DNA from: Chitinophagaceae bacterium | GTDB taxonomy: Bacteria; Bacteroidota; Bacteroidia; Chitinophagales; Chitinophagaceae | DNA: 64,000 nucleotides | Assembly: GCA_031407835.1 (NCBI GenBank) | Contig: JANOIQ010000027.1 | Location: forward strand, 4,753-68,752 | Direction of reading: 5' to 3' | In this document: positions 1-8,805 of the stretch, one piece after another | How positions within the stretch are numbered: the stretch's first letter is position 1 | Layout: each line of letters begins with the position of its first letter | Translations under genes and position numbers: made by a program | Notes under the pieces: model-generated | The model's database searches: none | What the model was told of the DNA's origin: nothing | Seen by the model: the letters and a program-made list of their open reading frames with translations, nothing else

Positions 1-317
1 TTGCAACCAACTACCTCGCCATAAGTGGATTGTTAGTGATTAAAGAGTTACGATTAAAAGTGCCTGAAAATATAGGCGTAGTTGGTTTTGATGATAATTC
101 ACATTTTGCTCTTTTCTCTCCATCTGTTACTGCAGTTGCACAACCGGTAAAGGAAATTTCCAAGCAAACTGTTCAGCAATTATTAAAAGCATTAAAAGGA
201 GAGGATAAAAACTCAAAGAAAGAAACGATTGTTCTGGCAACTGAATTGATTGTACGTGAATCATCCTTACCCTCTGAGGCATTAAAGAAAAGTAAATCCA
301 TTAAGCGTTCTCTTTAA
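1..317 (+). CDS. LacI-family transcriptional regulator, C-terminal part (5' end outside window)
   Basis: LKVPENIGVVGFDD, PSVTAVAQP and ELIVRES motifs of the LacI effector domain; the frame is open back to the window edge. Confidence 0.9.
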   Translation, partial: ATNYLAISGLLVIKELRLKVPENIGVVGFDDNSHFALFSPSVTAVAQPVKEISKQTVQQLLKALKGEDKNSKKETIVLATELIVRESSLPSEALKKSKSIKRSL

Positions 318-365
318 TATATATAAACAACCAATTATTTATTCAATTATTAAAACGATTAGGTT

Positions 366-3300
366 ATGAGAAATTCAGGTTGCCTGCCAAAAAGAATGAT
401 TGCTGCATTATCGCTAACAGTATTCTTTACTGCGATACTAGGCTTCTCATCATTCGCTCAATCACTAACTGTAACAGGTACAGTTAGTGATTCAAAAACT
501 TCCGCACCTGTTTCAGGTGTTACGGTTTCAGTAAAAGGAACCAAGACTGCAACTGTTACCAACGATGCAGGCAAATTCACAATCAGCGTTTCCGGAACAC
601 CGGTTCTGGTATTTACAAGCATTGGATTTGAAACACAAGAAATGAGAGTTGACCAATCAGGCATTATGACTGTTAGCCTGGTTAGTGCAGGTCAGCAACT
701 TAATGATGTTGTTGTAGTTGGATATGGCACCAGAAAGAAAGGGTCATTAACAGGATCCGTATCAACTGTAGATGCGAAGACATTTGCAAACAGAGGGCCA
801 TTGTCAAGCCCTGTAGCTGCATTGCAGGGACAGGTTGCCGGAGTAATTGTTACCAGAGGATCATCACAGCCGGGACGTGAAGCATGGAATTTTTTAATTC
901 GTGGTAATTCTTCCGTAAACGGAGGTGAGCCATTGGTGATTGTAGATGGATTAACTCTTCCAAATTCAAGTGCTTTAAATTCATTTAACCCAGCAGATAT
1001 TGAAAACATTTCCTTTCTGAAGGATGCTGCTGCAACATCCATATATGGTGCAAGAGCTGCAGGTGGTGTTGTAATCATTACTACTAAAAGAGCGAAAAAT
1101 GGTAAAGCAGTAATTGAATATAATGGTTCAGTTTCAAGGAAAATTATTGGCTTGCTGCCAAAGTTGGTTGATATTACGGGATGGGGGCCAATGATTGAAG
1201 AAGCAAGAGTTACTGATGGTTTTACCAATACAGATATCTGGTATAAATATGCAAAGTTTGCCCAGTATGCTGTTGCCAATAATCTTAAGGTTGTGAAGAT
1301 GGCAGATGCATTACCTATTCTTACAACACTGGGTTTGCAGACTGCAGGTTTCTTTACTGATGTTAAGGACTTTGCTTTTTTTCCAGGCACAATGCAGGAT
1401 TATATGTTTGGAAATACAACTTCAAACGAGCATCAATTAAGCATTTCAGCAAAGAATGATAAATCAGGCTATCGTATATCCTTAGGATATCTTGATGACG
1501 GCAGTTTATTGAAAGTGGGCAATAATTCAAACAAAAGGTACAATGTAAGACTTACACATGATTACCAGTTTTCACCAAAGCTTAAATTAGAAAGCAATAT
1601 TTCACTGGAGAAAAATGATATTATTCAACCTTCAAATATCGGCTCAGTTTTAAATAATGGTATACAACCAGGACTTCCTGCAAGCGGAGTTGGTTTAACA
1701 GGTAAGGCTTACGTTTGGGGCTCGGGTATTGGAAATGCATCAACCGTTGCAATTGCAAATTTTGGTGGCGATGCTAAAGAAATGAATACCAGACTTAATA
1801 CCAATTTTAACCTTACTTATAATATTTCTAACACCCTGAAAGCAGTAGGTGCTGCCGGTTATTATTATCATACGGCGGATTACCGTACCATGGAAAATCT
1901 CATCAATTGGTATGATTATGCCGGAGAAAACTTTATTTCTGCGTTAACTCCTTCAGGTGCAGGAAGAAGTTTTTATCAGAGAGCAAACAGTAAGGATGCA
2001 TATTATAACCTGAATGGTTATTTAGAATATACAAAAACATTTAAAGCTGACCATGATGTGAAAGCAATGGTTGGTGTTCAGTATGAAAGACAAGAGTATA
2101 ACCGCTTTTTTGCACGGGCCCAGGATATTGTACCCGGTGTGCCACCTTCTCTCAGTTTAAGTTATGGTGATCCTGCATCCAAAACAGTTGCTGAAGCTCA
2201 ATTCCATTCAGCACTTGCCGGTTATTTCGGACGTGTGAATTACACCTTCCGTAATAAATACCTTTTTGAAATGAATGCCCGTTATGATGGAACCTCACGT
2301 TTTGTGGAGAGTAACCGATGGAAATTCTTCTATGGATTTTCAGGAGGCTGGCGCATTTCACAGGAAAAATTTATGCGTGATGTGAAGTTTATCAATGAAT
2401 TGAAATTAAGGAGTTCATGGGGTAGTGTAGGTAACCAGGGTGGTATCAGCCTGTATGAATATATACAGTTAATGAATCTTAATTTTTCATCAGGTGCAAC
2501 AAGTGGAGGATTCCCAATTCTTGGAACAAGTCCATCTGTAAGAGTATCTCCCGGAGGTTTGGTTGCTTTAGACAGAACCTGGGAAAGAGTTACCACCGCA
2601 AATATTGCTCTTGATTTCGCTGTTTTAAAGAACAGATTAAACGGAAGTTTTGAGATGTATAAGAAGAATAACAACAATATGTTAATTGCCAGAACCTATC
2701 CAAGTGTATTAGGAGTAACAGCTCCTGCAGGTAACAATGGTAAGCTGGAAACAAAGGGTTGGGAATTAACACTTAACTGGAGAGAAAATGTAGGTGCAAT
2801 CACGTACCATGTTGGAGGTAATATTTCAGGTTATTCAACAAACCTGGTAAGTTATGGCGGACAGAAAATTATCAGCTCAAATAACAGGGGGCTTAATGGA
2901 GCAGTTGAAGGATATCCAATCAATTCATATTTCGGATTGGTATATAATGGAAGAATTCAAACTCAAAAACAATTGGATGACTACAGAGCCTTTATTACCG
3001 GAAATACAGTTGGTATGCCTTCTGGTGCAACTACTGCGCAGGCAAACGGCCGTTTGGCATTAGGCGATAACATGTTTAAGGATGTAAATGGTGATGGTAA
3101 GATTACATTCCCTGAAGATGCGGTTTACCTTGGAACAGATGACCCCCGCTTTATTTATTCATTTAATGGAGGTGTAGAATGGAAAGGTTTTGATTTTAAT
3201 GCCATCTTTCAGGGAGTTGGAAAAAGAACTATCATCCGTGATGGTAACTGGAGAATTCCCACAGCTGTTATCTTTCAGGCACAAAACCAGGCTTTCGTAA

Positions 3301-3671
3301 ATCAGTGGTGGACTCCAACAAGAGCAGATGCCTGGTTACCAAGAATTTCCAGTACTGGTACAATTAATAACTACAATTATTTCCCTTCTGACTGGGTAAA
3401 AGAAAAAGGTGATTACCTGCGGTTAAAGAACCTGGTTATTGGTTACACACTTCCCCATAGTATTACTCAAAGAGCAAGGATTCAGAAATTGAGAGTTTAT
3501 TTCTCAGGGAACGATCTGTGGGAAAAGTCTCAAATCAGGGATGGTTGGGATCCAGAAGCAACAAGGAACGTTGCAAATACAGGTGATGGTAATAATAATA
3601 ACCAGAGCACCTTCAGCTCCCGTTATCCTTTCTACCGTTATATGACATTTGGTGTTAACGTAACCTTTTAA
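366..3671 (+). CDS. susC: SusC/RagA TonB-dependent transporter (pair 1)
   Basis: Signal peptide, CarboxypepD-like N-domain, VVVVGYGT, DIENISFLKDAAATSIYGARAAGGV plug motif, C-terminal FGVNVTF. Confidence 0.97.
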   Translation: MRNSGCLPKRMIAALSLTVFFTAILGFSSFAQSLTVTGTVSDSKTSAPVSGVTVSVKGTKTATVTNDAGKFTISVSGTPVLVFTSIGFETQEMRVDQSGIMTVSLVSAGQQLNDVVVVGYGTRKKGSLTGSVSTVDAKTFANRGPLSSPVAALQGQVAGVIVTRGSSQPGREAWNFLIRGNSSVNGGEPLVIVDGLTLPNSSALNSFNPADIENISFLKDAAATSIYGARAAGGVVIITTKRAKNGKAVIEYNGSVSRKIIGLLPKLVDITGWGPMIEEARVTDGFTNTDIWYKYAKFAQYAVANNLKVVKMADALPILTTLGLQTAGFFTDVKDFAFFPGTMQDYMFGNTTSNEHQLSISAKNDKSGYRISLGYLDDGSLLKVGNNSNKRYNVRLTHDYQFSPKLKLESNISLEKNDIIQPSNIGSVLNNGIQPGLPASGVGLTGKAYVWGSGIGNASTVAIANFGGDAKEMNTRLNTNFNLTYNISNTLKAVGAAGYYYHTADYRTMENLINWYDYAGENFISALTPSGAGRSFYQRANSKDAYYNLNGYLEYTKTFKADHDVKAMVGVQYERQEYNRFFARAQDIVPGVPPSLSLSYGDPASKTVAEAQFHSALAGYFGRVNYTFRNKYLFEMNARYDGTSRFVESNRWKFFYGFSGGWRISQEKFMRDVKFINELKLRSSWGSVGNQGGISLYEYIQLMNLNFSSGATSGGFPILGTSPSVRVSPGGLVALDRTWERVTTANIALDFAVLKNRLNGSFEMYKKNNNNMLIARTYPSVLGVTAPAGNNGKLETKGWELTLNWRENVGAITYHVGGNISGYSTNLVSYGGQKIISSNNRGLNGAVEGYPINSYFGLVYNGRIQTQKQLDDYRAFITGNTVGMPSGATTAQANGRLALGDNMFKDVNGDGKITFPEDAVYLGTDDPRFIYSFNGGVEWKGFDFNAIFQGVGKRTIIRDGNWRIPTAVIFQAQNQAFVNQWWTPTRADAWLPRISSTGTINNYNYFPSDWVKEKGDYLRLKNLVIGYTLPHSITQRARIQKLRVYFSGNDLWEKSQIRDGWDPEATRNVANTGDGNNNNQSTFSSRYPFYRYMTFGVNVTF

Positions 3672-3689
3672 TTCTTAAAACTGAGACAA

Positions 3690-5459
3690 ATGAAAAAGAT
3701 AGTAAATACAAAAATATTCCTGTTCCTCTCCTTGCTGGTTTTTGTACAGTATGGTTGTAATAAGATGATCGATTTAAAACCGATCAATGAAATATCTGAT
3801 GCGGATTACTGGAAAACAGCCGATCAGTATAAACTGGCAGCTAATGAATTTTATAATTACATGATCACATTTGGTAACGTATTGTATGATCCATACGGTG
3901 CTAATACAAACGCAGGTTCACCACATTCAGATATTCGCAGTGACTTTACAACATCCAGAAGCGTTTTCAGTAATGGAACAAATCCGTTAGTGAATACAGA
4001 TGGGAACTGGAACGGTGGCTACACAAGACTAAGAGCCATTAATTATTTATTGGCAAAAGACAGTGCTGATATCAGCAACGCTTCACGAATTGACAGGATT
4101 CAATATGTTGCAGAAGCTAAATTTTTCAGAGCTTATGTTTATTTTGATCTTCTTCAACAATTTGGCGGAGTGCCTATTGTAACTAAGCCCCTTGACATAT
4201 CTTCTGCTGAGCTTAAAGCACCAAGAAATACTAGAGATGAAGTAGTTGATTTTATTGTAAAAGATCTGGAAGAAGCAATGGCAGTATTGCCTCTTGAATC
4301 AGGAATAACTGCAGCTAATAAGGGCAGAATCAGTAAAGGTGCAGCGCAGGCATTTTTAGGAAGGGTAACATTGTATGAAGGCACATGGCAAAAATTCAGA
4401 AATAATGCTACAAGGGCGAATGCATTACTTGATAAATCTATTTCAAACAGCGATGCAGTTATTACAAGTGCACTATACCAGTTGTTTGCTCCTGCAGTAT
4501 TAGGAGACTCAGCATTGAAGTATATGTTTGTTCTCGAAGATGAAAAATCTAATCCCGCAGGTGTAGTAAAATCTGCAAACAAGGAATATATTCTTGCCAA
4601 TAGGTATTCTTTTACACAACGACAGATTCGAAATAATGTTACTCATACATGGCTTGGTGCAGGTGTTGCAAAGAAGTTTGTTGATATGTTTCTTTGCCAG
4701 GATGGTTTGCCCATTGAAAAGTCACCTTTATTCCAGGGGTATGCGCAAACACGCTCGGAGTTTACAAGTAGAGATAACCGCATGCGTTACACTATGATGA
4801 TTGATTCAAACTATTATTTTGACAATGAAAACCCCGGCGCAAGAACAAATTGGACTGGTGATGCTGCTGATCTGGCCGGTTCAAGAGGAAGACATAATGC
4901 AGCATCCGGCACTGGTTATCAGACTCAGAAATGGGCTTCAGAAAGAAGGTTGAATGATAATGAAGAGGGGTATGACTGGCCCGTTATACGTCTGGCTGAA
5001 GTATATCTCAACTATGCTGAAGCAGTTTATGAAAGAAATGGATCAATCAGTGATGCTGATCTTGATAAGTCATTAAACCTTGTTCGTAACAGGGTGAATA
5101 AGACAATGCCAAAGCTCAGCAATGCCTTAGTAACAACAAATGCTCTGAATATGCGCACCGAAATCCGTAGAGAAAGAAACATTGAATTATTTCTTGAAGG
5201 GTTCAGAGTGGACGATATGAAACGCTGGAAGACTGCCGAAACTGAAATGCCGATGAGTATTCTCGGAATAAAATGGGAAGGCACAAGATGGCAAACAAGA
5301 TATACTGGCTCAGTTAGTGGCGGGCCTTTCGCCAGAGATGCAAACGGGTATTTGATATATGAAGGAAGCAGAACCTGGGCTGAAAAAAATTATCTTTTAC
5401 CGATTCCAACTCAGCAAATTCAACTAAATCCAAACCTGACCCAAAATCCAGGCTGGTAA
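3690..5459 (+). CDS. susD: SusD/RagB glycan-binding lipoprotein (pair 1)
   Basis: Lipobox Cys, EAKFFRAYVYF, FGGVP, IRLAEVYLNYAEA, ERNIELFLEG, QNPGW end. Confidence 0.97.
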   Translation: MKKIVNTKIFLFLSLLVFVQYGCNKMIDLKPINEISDADYWKTADQYKLAANEFYNYMITFGNVLYDPYGANTNAGSPHSDIRSDFTTSRSVFSNGTNPLVNTDGNWNGGYTRLRAINYLLAKDSADISNASRIDRIQYVAEAKFFRAYVYFDLLQQFGGVPIVTKPLDISSAELKAPRNTRDEVVDFIVKDLEEAMAVLPLESGITAANKGRISKGAAQAFLGRVTLYEGTWQKFRNNATRANALLDKSISNSDAVITSALYQLFAPAVLGDSALKYMFVLEDEKSNPAGVVKSANKEYILANRYSFTQRQIRNNVTHTWLGAGVAKKFVDMFLCQDGLPIEKSPLFQGYAQTRSEFTSRDNRMRYTMMIDSNYYFDNENPGARTNWTGDAADLAGSRGRHNAASGTGYQTQKWASERRLNDNEEGYDWPVIRLAEVYLNYAEAVYERNGSISDADLDKSLNLVRNRVNKTMPKLSNALVTTNALNMRTEIRRERNIELFLEGFRVDDMKRWKTAETEMPMSILGIKWEGTRWQTRYTGSVSGGPFARDANGYLIYEGSRTWAEKNYLLPIPTQQIQLNPNLTQNPGW

Positions 5460-5474
5460 AATAAAAAGAAGTTC

Positions 5475-5661
5475 TTTTCCATTCAGGGTAGCGATGTTTC
5501 TTTCATAATTGATAAAAAAAGCAATTAAAGATACCCCGAATGGAAAATTTGTTTGGCAAAATCAATTTCCTAAAACAAACAAGAGGGCAGTTAAGTTCTT
5601 TTATACATATAGCAAAAGCAATCGTTAGCAATTCGGTTATTAAAAACTGCCCTTTTGTTTG
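5475..5661 (+). promoter_or_regulatory. Two consecutive long inverted repeats after susD1
   Basis: TTTTCCATTCAGGGTA (5475-5490) / TACCCCGAATGGAAAA (5532-5547); CAAACAAGAGGGCAGTT (5576-5592) / AACTGCCCTTTTGTTTG (5645-5661). Confidence 0.6.
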
Positions 5662-5758
5662 ATTTAGTTAAACTTAGTCAGAAAGCACTTTAACCTTTTT
5701 GAAATAAAATTCAGAAAAACGCTGTAAATCATTTGCGTAGAAGTTTATGTTGAATTAA

Positions 5759-8608
5759 ATGAAAAAAGTATTTCTTATATCAGTCATTGTTGTTGCTGTC
5801 TTACAAACAGTTTCTTCACAAGTCATTAAGGTATCGGGTATTGTTTCCAAAACCTATCCAAGATTTCTGACTGGGGAAAACAATCAAAAAAGTATACAAC
5901 AGCTAATTAATAATGAAGAATGGGCAAAAGCTATATTCAATCAATCGAAGCAAAGTATTGATCAATACGTCAACAGGCATCAGGAGGATTCAACATGGAT
6001 TGTTTCCCGGTTACAGATGTTCTGGAAAACAAAATCAACTGAAATATTTATTAAAGGCGGAACATATGATCATGCAGATGGAACAGCTCCCGTACCAACT
6101 GTAAAATTCCCGGGCATGCGGGGTGGTGTTTCTGCGCATATTGCTCCAAAGCTGGAAGATATTATGCCTTATATGGACGATCCAAGAGGATTGTACCTGA
6201 TAAATAAATCAACAAACCAGATGGAATGGGTTGATATTTCCAAAACGGCAAATATTATTGAAGGGATCAACAACAATATTATGAAATTGGCTTATACTTC
6301 TTCTGTATTGTATTACATAACAGGTGAAGAAAAATATGCAAAGTTTGCTTTTGCTTTGTTTGATACCTATATGAGCGGTATGCAATACAGGAAAGAGCCA
6401 ACAGATATTTCCAATGGTCATCATCAAACACTGGCCGGTCTTTCTTCATTTGAAGTAATACAGGAAGTAGCCATCTTAAACAGTCTTACAGGTATTTATG
6501 ATTTTCTATATCAATATATTCAGCAAAAAGCCCCACAAAAAAACAATGTTTACAATGATGTGTTCCGCAAATGGGCTGATTTACAAATAGCTCATGGTGT
6601 AGCTTTTAATAACTGGAATTTAATGCAGGCAAAGAACGTCCTCAATATTGCGTTAATGCTGGATGATGATAAAACCTATTCAGATGGTAAAGGCAATCAG
6701 TACTACACGAATTATATTTTAAATACAAATTCACAACGTCAATGGTCGCTTCAAAAAGTAGTGAACGAAGGTTTTGATGCACAAACAGGATTATGGAATG
6801 AATCAGCAGGATATTCCCTTAATGTATTAAATGATGTTGTGAGCTTTGTGAGTTTCTTCGATAATTATTACAAGCTTGACCAGGTTGATCATTTGCCGGT
6901 ACTGAAAAAAGCAGTTATTGCAGCGGCACAATATCTTTTTCCAAATGGGTATTATACGAGTTTTGGTGACTCGCATTACGGACGTATCAATCTGAGTGCT
7001 GCTTACCAGATGGTTTCAAATGCAAGAAAAAATAAGAAACCTGAACAGGAAAAACAATTTACCAGTTATATCAAGGCAATTCAGAACTATTATAAAGAAA
7101 GAGGTGTTGTTGCAGAACGTAGTGAAGGGGGAAAAGGAAATAATCTTTCTGCTCTGTTAAATGCAGATGAAAATATTGAGCTGGATGAAAACACTCCCGC
7201 AGGTAATTTCAAGGATTATATTACGCCTGTATTTTCATCAAGCCATGTAAGTCTGTTTAACCTGCGAAATGGCTTTGATACAAAGAATGGGTTGATGATT
7301 GCGATGAGTGGATCTAAAGGAAATCATATGCATGCAGGTGGGATGTCGATGGAGATTTACGGCAAAGGATATGTACTTGGTCCGGAGAGTGGTATTGGCA
7401 CCAATTACTTTCAATCAGACTATGCTGAATATTATTCTCAGTTTCCTGCCCACAACACAGTGGCAGTTGATGGTATATCAGCATATCCTGTTATGAAAAG
7501 TAATCATGGATTCGAAGTGAAAAGTTCTTACCCTGCTCCGGGAGAATCAAAAAAATATTTCACATCAGTAAGTTTTGGTAATCTTTATTTTCTTGAACCT
7601 GAAACTCAATCTGATCAAACCAGATTGGTCAGTATCATCCGTACATCTGATACTACTGCCTATTACATCGATATTTTCCGTTCAAAACGTAAAGATGGAA
7701 AAGATAAAATGCATGATTATTTCTATCATAATATAGGGCAACAGCTAATAATAAATGACAGTAAAGGAAATGCGTTGATGCTGCAGCCAACTGATCAATT
7801 GTCATTTGGAGGCGGTCATCTTTTTGCATATGATTATATCTATAATAAAAAATCAATTGTAACGGATAAGGATATCAATGCTGTTTTCAAATTAGCTGTT
7901 CCTGGTCATGAAGGTGTTCAGATGAACATGTGGATGAAAGGAGAAAAAGGAAGAGAAATTATTGCCGCCCGGTCACCTAAATCAACTGCTGTTGACAGAA
8001 TGGGTTTGCCAAAGGAAATTGCAGAATTGCCCTTGCCAACAATTATTGTCAGGCAAAACGGAGAGGCATGGACAAAACCATTTACAGTGGTATTTGAACC
8101 TTCAACTACTGCGCAAACTAAATCTATTACATCAATAAAGTCGTTTAGTCCTGCAAATCCAGCAGCCGATTTTACCGGATTAGAAATTGAAAGTATGAAC
8201 GGTCATAAAGAGACTGTCTTCACATCGTCAACTGAAAGTAGAATGATAAGCTATAGTGATATGGCATTCATTGGATCATATGCTGTAGTCAGTGAAATAA
8301 AAAACAAGATCAACTATATATTTCTTGGAAACGGAAAAAAATTGAGTAAAGGATTTTTCAGTATAACTGCTGCGAAGAATCAGTGTAATGCAGTTTTATC
8401 AAAAGAAAACGATGGCTGGTACTTTTCTTCCACAGGCCAGGTAACAATTTCTTTACCTGCATCTGCCTGTGAAAGCAAATCCAAAATATTAGTGATTGTA
8501 AATGGGAGGGAGATAACCATCAATGGAAAAAAGAAAATACAGAATGGGCAGGATGTATTGTTTTTTGAAATGCCTGCAGCATCATTAATAAAAATAGATT
8601 TCAGATAA
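5759..8608 (+). CDS. Heparinase II/III-like polysaccharide lyase
   Basis: Signal peptide; NNWN, WNESAGYS, SFGD, GNHMH and AHNTV motifs typical of the Hepar_II_III fold. Confidence 0.8.
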   Translation: MKKVFLISVIVVAVLQTVSSQVIKVSGIVSKTYPRFLTGENNQKSIQQLINNEEWAKAIFNQSKQSIDQYVNRHQEDSTWIVSRLQMFWKTKSTEIFIKGGTYDHADGTAPVPTVKFPGMRGGVSAHIAPKLEDIMPYMDDPRGLYLINKSTNQMEWVDISKTANIIEGINNNIMKLAYTSSVLYYITGEEKYAKFAFALFDTYMSGMQYRKEPTDISNGHHQTLAGLSSFEVIQEVAILNSLTGIYDFLYQYIQQKAPQKNNVYNDVFRKWADLQIAHGVAFNNWNLMQAKNVLNIALMLDDDKTYSDGKGNQYYTNYILNTNSQRQWSLQKVVNEGFDAQTGLWNESAGYSLNVLNDVVSFVSFFDNYYKLDQVDHLPVLKKAVIAAAQYLFPNGYYTSFGDSHYGRINLSAAYQMVSNARKNKKPEQEKQFTSYIKAIQNYYKERGVVAERSEGGKGNNLSALLNADENIELDENTPAGNFKDYITPVFSSSHVSLFNLRNGFDTKNGLMIAMSGSKGNHMHAGGMSMEIYGKGYVLGPESGIGTNYFQSDYAEYYSQFPAHNTVAVDGISAYPVMKSNHGFEVKSSYPAPGESKKYFTSVSFGNLYFLEPETQSDQTRLVSIIRTSDTTAYYIDIFRSKRKDGKDKMHDYFYHNIGQQLIINDSKGNALMLQPTDQLSFGGGHLFAYDYIYNKKSIVTDKDINAVFKLAVPGHEGVQMNMWMKGEKGREIIAARSPKSTAVDRMGLPKEIAELPLPTIIVRQNGEAWTKPFTVVFEPSTTAQTKSITSIKSFSPANPAADFTGLEIESMNGHKETVFTSSTESRMISYSDMAFIGSYAVVSEIKNKINYIFLGNGKKLSKGFFSITAAKNQCNAVLSKENDGWYFSSTGQVTISLPASACESKSKILVIVNGREITINGKKKIQNGQDVLFFEMPAASLIKIDFR

Positions 8609-8805
8609 ACGGTTATAAACAAAGAACTAAATAAGTATTTCAAATCTCAATAATTATGCTACGCAAAATTACAGAGCCTGAAATCATGTTTGACGAGATC
8701 AAAGCTTTTTTACAAAAAAATAAATCAGTTAATGCTGTTTTGTTTGCCACCAGTTTATGCAAAAATTTCTGATCGGGAAGTATCATAACATTCAATATTT
8801 ATAAT

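Noticed and set aside
692-1390. 232-aa minus-strand ORF and many other short antisense or alternate-frame ORFs
   Set aside because: They are shadows of well-supported genes and have no recognisable motifs
5475-5661. Invertible promoter (phase variation)
   Set aside because: Repeats are imperfect, enclose only ~40-50 bp, and no recombinase is nearby; an RNA structure is more plausible
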